Shown in pieces: positions 30,001-38,052 of a stretch of DNA of 63,066 nt. Made by a program: the position numbers and the translations under genes. The first letter of the stretch is position 1; every line of letters begins with the position of its first letter. The stretch is from a virus (taxonomy: Duplodnaviria; Caudoviricetes): positions 1-63,066 of IMG/VR virus record IMGVR_UViG_3300003324_000427, one strand, 5' to 3'. The notes under the pieces are model-generated. The model was not told the DNA's origin. It saw only the letters and a list, made by a program, of their open reading frames with translations, and made no database searches.

Positions 30001-33000
30001 TGATATTAACTCTGAATATGACGGCGTTGGTCCTATAGGAACTATGGTAGGTGATTCAAGCGGTAATAAATCATTCATTGAAATGAGAGATTACATCCCA
30101 TTCAATTGGGGTACGCTATCAGTCGGTGAATTCACCTATCCTGTCATTACTAAGGGTCAGATAAACTCTGGTGTTGAAAACCCACTTAAGTCCATATTCA
30201 ATGGCATATACGAAAGACAAAGCGATGATGTCTCTGTATTTGGTGTAACTTCTGGACAATCTTCCGCAGCATGGCAAGACTTGTATGATTATCTTGATGC
30301 TCCAATTCCAGATGATAACACAGAAGCAACAAACTATTACCCATTAACTTATGATACTTTCCAAGGCAACCCAGCTTACTTGCCACAATTACCATTCTTC
30401 AAGGTAGATGAAGAAGAAACCAATATTAGATTCTTGACTGATGCCGATTCTTCAAGCATAAGAGACAGAGCAACATTGTGGCCATGGTGTGATTTACTTG
30501 ACGGTGACGCAAGAAATGACGCAGCCGCTGGTGATGTAACTTGGCAGTTCACAACTGACGGACATTTCTGGATAGCCGAAACCGTTTCCAGAGAATGGAT
30601 AACCCCAAAGGCATGTCAGAATCCTGCAGCTAATACTGATCCATTACACAGAGACATTACCCACACTGGAATGTACCCTGTTGACGGATATTGGAGAGAA
30701 GTATTCAGAATTCGTAGATACGATAATCGTTCCCAATTGGTATTTGATTACACTATCACATATGACGAAGCTGCTGGTCCAGAAATTGAAGCTCCAAAAC
30801 AAATAGCATCTGATTTCAATATGTTCGGTATGAACATAAAGAAGAAGACTATTGAATTGAACCACTTCAACAACAAGCCAATAAACGGCCCAACACAAAC
30901 TTGGGTATCTGAACTTGACGAAGATAAGTCTTGGTTAGCAACCAACTGGTTGAGACAAGAAATTTCAGACTTGAGACGTGGTATTTCTGATATACAACCA
31001 GAAGTAGAAGGTATTTCCGCTACTATTTCTGAACTCTACAATTACAGACACGAAAGCCTCTGTGAAATGATAACTGGTGGATACAACAAAGCAGTATTCG
31101 TTCCATCTACTGGCGTATTCTGTGAAGCAGAACAAGACAGCATTTGGGTATACTCCGTTCCGTTCGGTGAACAAACTGGTGTCTTAGAACACGAAAGCTT
31201 CTTCATTGAAGAATCCCCATACGTAAGAACTGCTGTAATTTCCGGAACAGATGTTGGTTATGATATCTTTGGTGATATCACTGAAAACATTAGAGTTGTT
31301 GACGTATCAGCAAGCTATACTTGTATCGCTGAAGTAATAACTGGTGGAACTCCTTATATTTCCGGTAGCAGCATTTACGTCTCCGGTGGTACTGTAGTAT
31401 TGTCTGGTGGTCAAGAATGTGGTGCTGGAAGTCAAATTATCCACGCTAAGACATACACTAACAACGGCAAGACTGGATTGAGAATGTCCAGAGCTATAAT
31501 CGCTGGTCCATATTCCAGAGGAATCGGAATGTTGGATTACGGTAAGTCACAAGCATTTGATAAGAAGTTGCTCCATAATGGCGTAAGACAACCATGTACT
31601 TACAAGGAAGACGAGAACACAGCCTTCCACCCAAGCGATTCTACTATTAAGAAGGCATGGCCATGGAATATAATCGGTCAAGGCGGAACAGTTGGTCCTA
31701 AGGGATTCACTGACTTGATTGACTCCGATGGTAATTACTGGTTCGCAATGGGTGAGAAGTATAATTATGACGAAATAGAAAAGGCAGGAACAGCTAACGT
31801 CAACTATAAGAATTCTTATGTAATTGGTATGGTAAAGCAAACCAATATGACAGAATTCATGAAGACTGCTCTCGCTAAGACTAACTACATCCAAGCAAAT
31901 GAAACTCTCACTGCTATCAATCGTTTCGCACCAAGCGGTAACTATACACTTTACGGAACAGAAAACGTTGGTTCTAGATTCAGAGAAGGAATCCTTGAAT
32001 TAGTACATGCCAATAATGGTGACGAGTTGTTTGAACTCTATGTAAGAATAATGGAAGAAAACGTCATCGATGTTGATGCTTCCGCATATTCAAACAAGTA
32101 TAAGGGTATTTCTGAATATGAAATGCCAAAGGACGGTAACGGCGTTCTCATAGATTCCGTAACTCTCCCACTTGATCCATTGTTAGATGCTCCAGTTGTA
32201 AACAAACTCCAAGAACTTGAAGTTGTCAATCAAACCGATCCAACTTGCCTTGAATGCCTCACTTGCGCATCTGATACAAGTGACTACGCAACCACAGTAA
32301 CTAATCCAACTACATGGTTCCAACACAACCACGACCAATGGGTTGCCCCATTCCTTGAATCTCCATTCGCTGGTCCATATTCAATTGACGGATTCAATGT
32401 TTGGTTGACTGCAGGAAACGCAGCACGTTGGGGAACTCCACTTTGGTCAACCGTCAAGGATGGTAAGTTCTGGTTGTCCTACAGAAGAGCAAGATTACAC
32501 GCTAACCCATATAGAAACCACGTAGTATTGTCTTTCATCAATGCCTCTATCGCAGTTGAAGACTTCGCAGAAGCTAATACTGACAATATACCAGTTTATA
32601 TTACTTACGATGAATTCTTGTTTGATTACGAAGACTATAAGAACTTGAACATAATCAAGGAAATAGTTGAAGATGAAAACCTTGGTGCTCTCGGCAGAGA
32701 TTGTACAGATAACCTCGCAGCATACGTTCCAATTCAATATCCTGAGTTTGAAGCGTTTGATACTGGCGCAATCTGCTTGGCAACTTCCGCAGATTGGCAG
32801 AGCGTTTACAACTTGGGTTCGTATTCCGCAAGCATCTCGGCATTCAGTTCATTCCCAACATCAGCATGGGCATGCCCTGGAAGCATAACAAGCTATACAG
32901 TACAACAAGTTCCAACTTCTGGTTCTGGTACATTCACTCTCAGTAACGTAGTTGGATGTAATGACATTAATGTCTTCACTGTTGCTGCTTCCGCTGCTGC

Positions 33001-33943
33001 TCTATCCGGACAATGGATTTACATTACAAGCATAGCTTCCGAAGTAACTGGATGTTCCGGCGTATTCACTTGCCCTGACAATAATCCAAACGAAAGATAC
33101 ACTGAATGGGCAACCGCATTCATCCAAGAATACAAGAACCGTAAGATTTCTGATCAAAGCGGCGTCATGAAGAAATACTTCTTCAAGTATGACGTTATGA
33201 ACACTTACGATTCCAACACATTACTTGAATTGCCAAACATAACAGAGAAGAAGCTTGTTCCATATGATTGGAGAAGATACCAAGACGGCGTAGGTTTAGG
33301 TGGTGATGCTCCAGCGTTCAATGTCTATAGCGACAGCGAAAGAGCATGTAACGCTCTTAATCAATACTATGTCGGACAAACAGCATTCGGAAGCACTTCC
33401 AATGCCGTTATAGTTGGTGGATTCACAGTTCAAACCGATGGTGAATTGACACAAAGTCACGCATGGTGGGAAAGAACCACTACAGGAACTACATTCAAGT
33501 GGAGCACTCAAGTAATTTCACCAGAAGATAGCGTCAACGGAAACTATAAGAATAGAACGTTCTCGCCATTCTTCACTAATGGTGAACAAACCCTCTCCAA
33601 CACTACTCACGGCGCTATAATCTTTGATTTGAGCAAGCAAATAACCATTGAAAGACAAGGAATTGCTCAATTTGAAGATCAGAAGGAATTCCAAGTCACA
33701 TTTGATACCGCAATACCAGATTGGGCTACAAATAAAGATAAATATAGTATAACGCTAATGCCAGATCAAAACGTCAAGGTATGGTGGGATAACAAGACAG
33801 CAACTGGATTCACAATCAAAGTTGAGTTGGAAACCTGGACCGGAAGCGTAGATTGGCAAATAACCTTGGTGGATAACATTCCATCCTCTGAGGTAGATGG
33901 ACTAGGAACGCAAGAAACTTTTGATAAATTCAATAACCTCTAA
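24065..33943 (+). CDS. giant tail fibre/appendage protein with Kelch-like blades (3292 aa)
   Basis: uninterrupted 9.9-kb ORF in structural operon; STEEWNGTAW, AYENNGSAW, GNKDHALFWGG, GSTSNAVIVGG Kelch-like motifs; C-terminal recurrent module. Confidence 0.75.
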   Translation: MTIGDTREFTAAERITIIGNDNSDRISADILKVSIDGTKFGTIQPAIAFNDEWSTKTENFSGGGEFINNINISNLLDIPAGVIWDNDNSTLTFKDNSIQEYDSTGCPLEGTDEITLSQLTGDVEVLTYFDKVNQFGKVYDFQFRQIQFGQYKFANTRICSAIASALGYFSVDKIINDEKVRMEKQNALYQQYKDDPENSANFKPYSGFLTSESYLNEGWIDFDHLVHVFYENENAYDSDASLSIITKKFSEAKRALVMLCLSYSSDIVDLASFNKITDFGVRVVDKTTGQLLDFSNFKNDLHATYGNSGIALFTGKLQYANSTDAAADPKCSPCTSIKVDKCTGEMSEVTHCSTNKSNEQTGVNHLLSPQFRLNPLIETRKNKQDILNTIDPIQWTTGTQDFTEEDFPGITDLREEFGEDTLTVGRLNEDRGFALGGGKDHTDGFVASGFYHQLDQATDTSTYGLRSSTEEWNGTAWVTLSTGDVPSPRGAGLGGGEKTFKAIAFGTRPNYTPYTDISVASAVPVSFTTTTQTSDTLVFADGAWYSLPAGSNTNVPRHSVAGFLKSTYRATGADGKSVTGCNGGSTTSTSLSNLIGEDVEDDVDLALCPEVLAAASSFIRDAGARAAGQMTNTSLKMVGPAFDPNCMNETGTSENDVPTNSSGLGFNLPDITIGGSISCSGVSIDSNFSTKSTFAQDFVVPLCPSVSNKLPSLGGIFPGPTMGLPPGITTDPGHPVASWKDPVVMPDGSIVFKDDSATVDPGLLRTNSSGRPSNVDSGSYYEFWNLSGIAFNGSTGDMKLDGVIENELSDTFEFISWIRIHHHATIRKSPTTYKPYTFKFEQGCWNVDTTRKYPIKTVGTCYVGNECTGLATGGKTSNQLVGCESDNASLNMKYGYFSDSRYDEFNNSVVNIAYENNGSAWIRRDNLPENVCYHVGVGNKDHALFWGGIHATLETPNVSVSFPGCEDWYQMVRNFGGVFNRRGNIGLDKEVRYTFFGTQAVDDFGNHYFKAGDNRDPNKDGIVYSQEYIDSGSSTSLSGRNWEGYTTSNPGHIYSVSYTGKNKDVDEPQTGLEIIYFTHGESWIGDAVVAENLNNGNAELPYAERQAAAVLGVDGESETTDQVGSYIKSLLAEGFDQFEETWRPDTETNSFPLSGFWPKLYNYFLNGSDQRPVWKYSGHPVDGAMWIWSRPTAGEAFFNPKNLHPEPISESEWQSLEKWKLHSFENHTGLEYFYTKFDANYSDLVDYTLETPSSGNYKKTVYWVTDNFDTNSDNTYTTLYDYDPFKIEQFLDEYAGVITYSSWQNFLAQEGGRVRVRSEDPYMKHEYLRSVVADESLYNLYKRGKISSINVPSSGGLAPQLFTHNISSCLSFSNSYDVTLTPSATLPAYSISKFVSGFTIHLSGAYNGDISWEISEDIIPDVAKAWCEYRKSYNEISSGIGYYYEDNIVSDFRSFTAAKIVKVISKANEDGYIPKEALSDPLLAHVPEEGMTPPIATSGGYRYYAPTPYDVSEYADIFSDPDMIVPLSQLTLRDWDASSPITSGAWALSRYKLANVLSRDEDGNLVQTVKKVLSYTKTLTENPRDFFYSHNLASHVDGYNRRFYLPKVKSKFIEDFSISDTRSENGLLLLPELNKRYISKYFPDSVLSNNLACYGNSGLVIDGISYVDTGRYSSLSETCSGFAYRTNADLATILSYGNNYDILGGSFDMFWFNNVTRSADEIDPSLQYESGSEYDESLDAIAQAVYMPSKQSAGFDDFHYFYKVNTWSSQISSANLDPNSASFWITGGYAPVSACQSANTSAGDPDIDTNCWPTDTLTPSSNPITATTVDSISYQVSGSGYIFSASGRYLTDYNSSAVADISAGFAYHFGYERSLHNVAPITNISDRFDQFDYFRYRFEDHNAADWLYMPTVLEGEYNGGDALDDMGFATGTYAPSGITYSFYITRNCGGLDQFIWGRDKKTFVEKWKQPCVDEVLNALDINSEYDGVGPIGTMVGDSSGNKSFIEMRDYIPFNWGTLSVGEFTYPVITKGQINSGVENPLKSIFNGIYERQSDDVSVFGVTSGQSSAAWQDLYDYLDAPIPDDNTEATNYYPLTYDTFQGNPAYLPQLPFFKVDEEETNIRFLTDADSSSIRDRATLWPWCDLLDGDARNDAAAGDVTWQFTTDGHFWIAETVSREWITPKACQNPAANTDPLHRDITHTGMYPVDGYWREVFRIRRYDNRSQLVFDYTITYDEAAGPEIEAPKQIASDFNMFGMNIKKKTIELNHFNNKPINGPTQTWVSELDEDKSWLATNWLRQEISDLRRGISDIQPEVEGISATISELYNYRHESLCEMITGGYNKAVFVPSTGVFCEAEQDSIWVYSVPFGEQTGVLEHESFFIEESPYVRTAVISGTDVGYDIFGDITENIRVVDVSASYTCIAEVITGGTPYISGSSIYVSGGTVVLSGGQECGAGSQIIHAKTYTNNGKTGLRMSRAIIAGPYSRGIGMLDYGKSQAFDKKLLHNGVRQPCTYKEDENTAFHPSDSTIKKAWPWNIIGQGGTVGPKGFTDLIDSDGNYWFAMGEKYNYDEIEKAGTANVNYKNSYVIGMVKQTNMTEFMKTALAKTNYIQANETLTAINRFAPSGNYTLYGTENVGSRFREGILELVHANNGDELFELYVRIMEENVIDVDASAYSNKYKGISEYEMPKDGNGVLIDSVTLPLDPLLDAPVVNKLQELEVVNQTDPTCLECLTCASDTSDYATTVTNPTTWFQHNHDQWVAPFLESPFAGPYSIDGFNVWLTAGNAARWGTPLWSTVKDGKFWLSYRRARLHANPYRNHVVLSFINASIAVEDFAEANTDNIPVYITYDEFLFDYEDYKNLNIIKEIVEDENLGALGRDCTDNLAAYVPIQYPEFEAFDTGAICLATSADWQSVYNLGSYSASISAFSSFPTSAWACPGSITSYTVQQVPTSGSGTFTLSNVVGCNDINVFTVAASAAALSGQWIYITSIASEVTGCSGVFTCPDNNPNERYTEWATAFIQEYKNRKISDQSGVMKKYFFKYDVMNTYDSNTLLELPNITEKKLVPYDWRRYQDGVGLGGDAPAFNVYSDSERACNALNQYYVGQTAFGSTSNAVIVGGFTVQTDGELTQSHAWWERTTTGTTFKWSTQVISPEDSVNGNYKNRTFSPFFTNGEQTLSNTTHGAIIFDLSKQITIERQGIAQFEDQKEFQVTFDTAIPDWATNKDKYSITLMPDQNVKVWWDNKTATGFTIKVELETWTGSVDWQITLVDNIPSSEVDGLGTQETFDKFNNL

Positions 33944-33951
33944 GAGAGCAT

Positions 33952-35208
33952 ATGGCTAACGTACCAGATAAATCATTTTTCGCAGCGGGAATAACTCTCA
34001 CTAAGCCAGCCGAAAGTAACTCGTCAGGGGCAATCACTGACGTAAATACTGCGTTGTTTATTGATAGCAATGGCAATTTGAATTTTAGAGATGAGTACGT
34101 AAAGAAGATACTTGGTAAAGATAGTCTTACTCTCAAAGAGCTTTATACCCGTGCCAAAGGCGTTTTCGTAAAAGATGACAAGCTTTACTTCAAAGATGAT
34201 AGCCTATCAAGAGCTTATTCGTTAGAAGAGATTGTAGGAGCTTGCCGTAACTGGAAAGAAAACCTTACTACTGGTTCTCTTTGGTGGTTGGGAAGAAAGG
34301 AAATTGACCACAGCGCATGCGCTAATTTGCCAAGATTTTCCGACCCAACCGGTCCTAATTTCGTTTGGTCAATTGATAGATTCCTAGCTCAAGTAGCTAA
34401 GTTATCATCTTGTTCTGCTCCAACTCCGTTGACTTTCTATGAAAAGACAGTTGATCCTAATACGGGAGAATGGAGATGGTGGGACGTTCCTGGTTTGGAA
34501 ATAGTAATACCTCCAGTAACCGATCAATATAAGCTTGGAATGATAATTGCTAAGTTGGCATATGGTGCGTACAACTCACCAGAACCAGTTATTTTTAGAC
34601 TTTATGACCAAACTGCTAATAAAGAATTAGCAAGAACATCGGTCATTCAAGGTTGTGAATCAAAAATAATGTATCCAACCACACTTACTTTCTTCGGCAC
34701 TATGCCTAATTCAACCGAAGACTGTACTGCTCCAGAAAATTGCGGATGCGTAACATTAGATTGCGTAACTGGCGATACAAGCTGCGATGCTCCAGATACA
34801 GGTACCGTGATATTAAATAAATTTGAATCCGGTTCTCACCTTCTAAAAATTCAATTCCACGTTATAAACTACCAACCAAACCATTGGGAAAGAGTATTTG
34901 GAGTTGAAATAGATGGTGAATACCTCAGCACTTCAACTATAGACGCTGTTGTGTTTGACGCAAATCCAAATGATAAGTATGCTAAGAAACAAGGAACAGT
35001 TCAATTCAATGGCGAAAGCCAAAAGACAGTATCGTTTGGTACTCCAATGTCTTCTACAAGCTATTCAATTTCTCTATCTTCAAATAGAAACGTCAATGTT
35101 TGGTATGACAATAAGTCCGAAACTGGATTTAGAATAAATGGTGAATTGCCATTTAGTGGATACGTTGATTGGTCTATAGTAAACCTAAACCCAAATACAG
35201 GAAGATAA
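33952..35208 (+). CDS. virion structural protein, short paralog of the 3292-aa protein
   Basis: shares N-terminal motifs (L.F.D...L..L; R..D.T...L; HLL..QF) and the C-terminal module with 24065-33943. Confidence 0.7.
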   Translation: MANVPDKSFFAAGITLTKPAESNSSGAITDVNTALFIDSNGNLNFRDEYVKKILGKDSLTLKELYTRAKGVFVKDDKLYFKDDSLSRAYSLEEIVGACRNWKENLTTGSLWWLGRKEIDHSACANLPRFSDPTGPNFVWSIDRFLAQVAKLSSCSAPTPLTFYEKTVDPNTGEWRWWDVPGLEIVIPPVTDQYKLGMIIAKLAYGAYNSPEPVIFRLYDQTANKELARTSVIQGCESKIMYPTTLTFFGTMPNSTEDCTAPENCGCVTLDCVTGDTSCDAPDTGTVILNKFESGSHLLKIQFHVINYQPNHWERVFGVEIDGEYLSTSTIDAVVFDANPNDKYAKKQGTVQFNGESQKTVSFGTPMSSTSYSISLSSNRNVNVWYDNKSETGFRINGELPFSGYVDWSIVNLNPNTGR

Positions 35209-35212
35209 ACTT

Positions 35213-35617
35213 ATGACTTGTGGACGTGGCCCCTTTGAAGTTACCGATATACAAATAGGACGTGAAGGCGTAGGACTTAGTGCCGGCGTGGATGGTTCTT
35301 TACAATTCACAGATTTGGTTTCTGGTACTGTAAAACTCTCAGATTTAATCAATCAAGAAATCATAGTCAACCCTGCAGTTGTTATTGAAGTTGAAGAAGC
35401 TGACTGGACTCCTATTGTTTTAGACGATGGTAGAACATTCTATACAGTTGATGTTCCACATAACTTCAATGTTACTAATTTCGCATTAGTTGATGTGGTT
35501 ATTTGGGATACAGATTATAATATGTTAAGCATAGATAATATTCAACAAAAAGCTAATTCGGCTTTGTTACGTTCAATAATACCTCTTCATATCTATGTAA
35601 CAGCTAAGAAGGTATAA
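35213..35617 (+). CDS. small virion structural protein
   Basis: GSLQFTD....KLSDL motif shared with the two upstream genes; V.HNF motif. Confidence 0.7.
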   Translation: MTCGRGPFEVTDIQIGREGVGLSAGVDGSLQFTDLVSGTVKLSDLINQEIIVNPAVVIEVEEADWTPIVLDDGRTFYTVDVPHNFNVTNFALVDVVIWDTDYNMLSIDNIQQKANSALLRSIIPLHIYVTAKKV

Positions 35618-35627
35618 AGGAATAGTT

Positions 35628-36398
35628 ATGGCAGTTATTGAGAATGAATTTCCTTTCAAGATATACGAAGCAAGAAATCTTGCTACATCGGAAGCTTACG
35701 TTTATCTCGGAAAAGCATCTATCGCCGGTTTGAATGGCGCTAATGAAAACTACTTTTCTCATCAAGCTGATGCCAACTGTTTCACGACGTTCTTATTTGC
35801 TTCCATCGTAGGCGGTAGAAATGTTCGTATTGACGCCGCAACAGAAGACGATCCTTACATCTATATTGATTCTCGTTGGTATGATTTTAGACCATGTGGT
35901 GTTGAAAGTAACGATCAAACTACTTGGCCAGCTAACGGTATATTGAGTCACGTTGATTACAAAGATAACGGCGACGTAGTTACATATTTCAAATCAATCA
36001 CTAGCGACGGTTCTATAGTCATAGAAGGTGGAAATCCATCATTTGTGTGGAGTGACGAAGGCCCTGCAGGTGATCAATTCAATAGCGGTAACGCTGAGGA
36101 TTGTAATTTGATATTGAAAGCTCACAAGTATATTGTTGCTAATTCTTGTGAAACTAATGGAATATTACAAAGCACTCAGGGTGTTCCTGGTGCTTCTGAC
36201 GTGGTATTCTATTTGAAATCTATTGTAGGCGGAAGCTGTATCAATGTTACCGATACCGGTTCATCCCTTGTCATTTCTTTTGACTTAGGCGCATGTAATC
36301 CATGTTCATTCTGTACTGGTTCCTTCCCAACAACTGTTGACGAAGAAACTGAATGTTCCCAATGGATACCTTCTGAAATAGGTGTTTCTCTAACTTAA
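35628..36398 (+). CDS. Cys-rich tail-fibre-like protein with three internal repeats
   Basis: LFASIVGGRNVRI / YFKSITSDGSIVI / YLKSIVGGSCINV repeats; last gene of the + strand block. Confidence 0.65.
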   Translation: MAVIENEFPFKIYEARNLATSEAYVYLGKASIAGLNGANENYFSHQADANCFTTFLFASIVGGRNVRIDAATEDDPYIYIDSRWYDFRPCGVESNDQTTWPANGILSHVDYKDNGDVVTYFKSITSDGSIVIEGGNPSFVWSDEGPAGDQFNSGNAEDCNLILKAHKYIVANSCETNGILQSTQGVPGASDVVFYLKSIVGGSCINVTDTGSSLVISFDLGACNPCSFCTGSFPTTVDEETECSQWIPSEIGVSLT

Positions 36399-37126
36399 TT
36401 CTTCTTTTGAGAAGCCTTAACTAATAGTTCCTTGAACGTATTGAGTTGATCAAGCGCTATTGCTTTTTCTTCTTCGGTTTTAGCTTCAGCGACTTTATAC
36501 TCAAGTTGTTTGAATTTAGCTTCTGGTAAGTGTTCCTTGAACAAAGTTGGGCTATATTGAAGCTTTCCTTTTAGTGATTCGGAAATCTTATGCCAGTCTG
36601 ATACCTCTTCAATTCTGTATTTGATTGTCTTTTCCAATTGCTTCAATTCAAACACATATTCTTTTCTTTTTATTTCTAGTCTCTTCAAGTCAAACTTGGC
36701 TAGTTCTGGATCAAATTGTTCTTCTTTTTTGATTAGTCCCTTATCAATGGCTACATTAATACTCTTTATTTTGTAATCAATTTCTTCAATATCAACTAAA
36801 GCTCTTTCGTACTTGTTGTAAGCTCTTACTAGTTCATTATAGTGAACTTCTGCTTCCGACTTACACTGCCAGTATTTTGAGTCTGGTGTAGGGAAATTTC
36901 CATTGGTAAGAACGCTACAAAGCTTGACTACCATTGGTCTAAATTGCGTAACATCCGTATAAGTCGAAAGTAAAAAAGACTGAGCTTCTTTGAGTGACTT
37001 CACGTCATCTGGTGTTATGAGGGTTAGATTGTCTAGCTTTGAAATTATCTCATTTGATAGATTTGCGGATTGGTTCAAAAGAACATTGTTTTCCGTTAGA
37101 GATAATTCTTTGTTCGTATCGCTCAT
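36395..37126 (-). CDS. coiled-coil phage protein (possible fibre-assembly factor)
   Basis: heptad-rich; FR....SVL....FPTP.SKYWQC motif; convergent with the structural block (4-nt overlap). Confidence 0.7.
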   Translation of the reverse strand: MSDTNKELSLTENNVLLNQSANLSNEIISKLDNLTLITPDDVKSLKEAQSFLLSTYTDVTQFRPMVVKLCSVLTNGNFPTPDSKYWQCKSEAEVHYNELVRAYNKYERALVDIEEIDYKIKSINVAIDKGLIKKEEQFDPELAKFDLKRLEIKRKEYVFELKQLEKTIKYRIEEVSDWHKISESLKGKLQYSPTLFKEHLPEAKFKQLEYKVAEAKTEEEKAIALDQLNTFKELLVKASQKKN

Positions 37127-37770
37127 TGGTCATCTTCCTCTTTTTCTTCTTTTTTTATTAGCTTTTCTAATTTCTTTATTCTTTTGGTTTTGCTGGATAC
37201 AACAACTTCATCAACTATGTTGTACTTCTTCGCTTGCTTTGGTGTCAACCAAGAATCGCTACCGTTCAAGAGATTAGTTTTTATTACGCTCTCTGACAAC
37301 CCGGTACATTCCTTGTAGTGAGTCAACATTCTCTTGATGATGTTGTTGAACTCCTTAGTAGTTGCTATGAGTTGATCGTGATTACCTTCTGTTCCCCATG
37401 AATATTCGTGAGACATGAGAGCGGTTCTATCCGTAATCTTTCTATTACCTATGCTACCATTCATCAATATTACTAATGCTGCTGAACAGATTTGACCCAA
37501 ACCAATAGTATGAATTGGCGTAGAAACAAAGTCCATTACGTCACAGATTTGCCATGCTGCAGTTAAATCGCCGCCTGGACTGTTGATAATAAGACTTATT
37601 GGCTCTACCTTTCCGTTTGTTTTATTGATGAAGTCAATAGATAACAATCTTGAACACACATTAGCTGCCATTTCTTCCGTGATTGGTCCAGAAAGAAAGA
37701 TAATGTTCCACATGTCTGGACTTTCAAGTCCTTGTTCCGGAATAGGGAAACTAAGTGAATTTTTTGTCAT
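37123..37770 (-). CDS. clpP: ClpP-type serine protease proteolytic subunit
   Basis: IIFLSGPI; INSPGG; GLGQICSAA (catalytic S); MSH (H); D.WLT...A..Y..VD (D); start at 37770 forms ATGA overlap with upstream stop. Confidence 0.9.
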   Translation of the reverse strand: MTKNSLSFPIPEQGLESPDMWNIIFLSGPITEEMAANVCSRLLSIDFINKTNGKVEPISLIINSPGGDLTAAWQICDVMDFVSTPIHTIGLGQICSAALVILMNGSIGNRKITDRTALMSHEYSWGTEGNHDQLIATTKEFNNIIKRMLTHYKECTGLSESVIKTNLLNGSDSWLTPKQAKKYNIVDEVVVSSKTKRIKKLEKLIKKEEKEEDDQ

Positions 37771-38045
37771 GGAGTATAGTATCCTTTTTGTATGTTCTTT
37801 ATTTTTTCTGGGTCCACTGTTTCGGCATTTACATCTGGACAATTCTGATCATTTATTTCAATGATAGTAAGCTCTTCGTAGTCTCTTCCAGCAGTACCAT
37901 TTCTAATCAAATGGGTTCTTCCTCCGGAAATTTTGAGCGAACCACAATCACATACTTCCACGTCAGATGGTCTATGTTCTTGTGAAATAACAATGGAGTT
38001 ACATCTTAAGCATTTGGCTTTATTTAGTTTTATGAAGCGAAACAT
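37767..38045 (-). CDS. small zinc-ribbon protein
   Basis: KAKC..C...I.S......CDCG...ISGG pattern common in phages. Confidence 0.75.
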   Translation of the reverse strand: MFRFIKLNKAKCLRCNSIVISQEHRPSDVEVCDCGSLKISGGRTHLIRNGTAGRDYEELTIIEINDQNCPDVNAETVDPEKIKNIQKGYYTP

Positions 38046-38052
38046 GATTACC

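Noticed and set aside
24065-33943. Intein or DGR target explaining the giant ORF
   Set aside because: No intein terminal motifs recognised, no reverse transcriptase gene, and no near-identical TR/VR nucleotide pair noticed; the repeats are diverged at protein level
7218-36398. Bacterial T6SS/eCIS/tailocin locus
   Set aside because: T4-type gp5/gp25/gp6, TATAAATA late promoters, rIIA/rIIB and nucleotide-metabolism genes indicate a lytic phage genome
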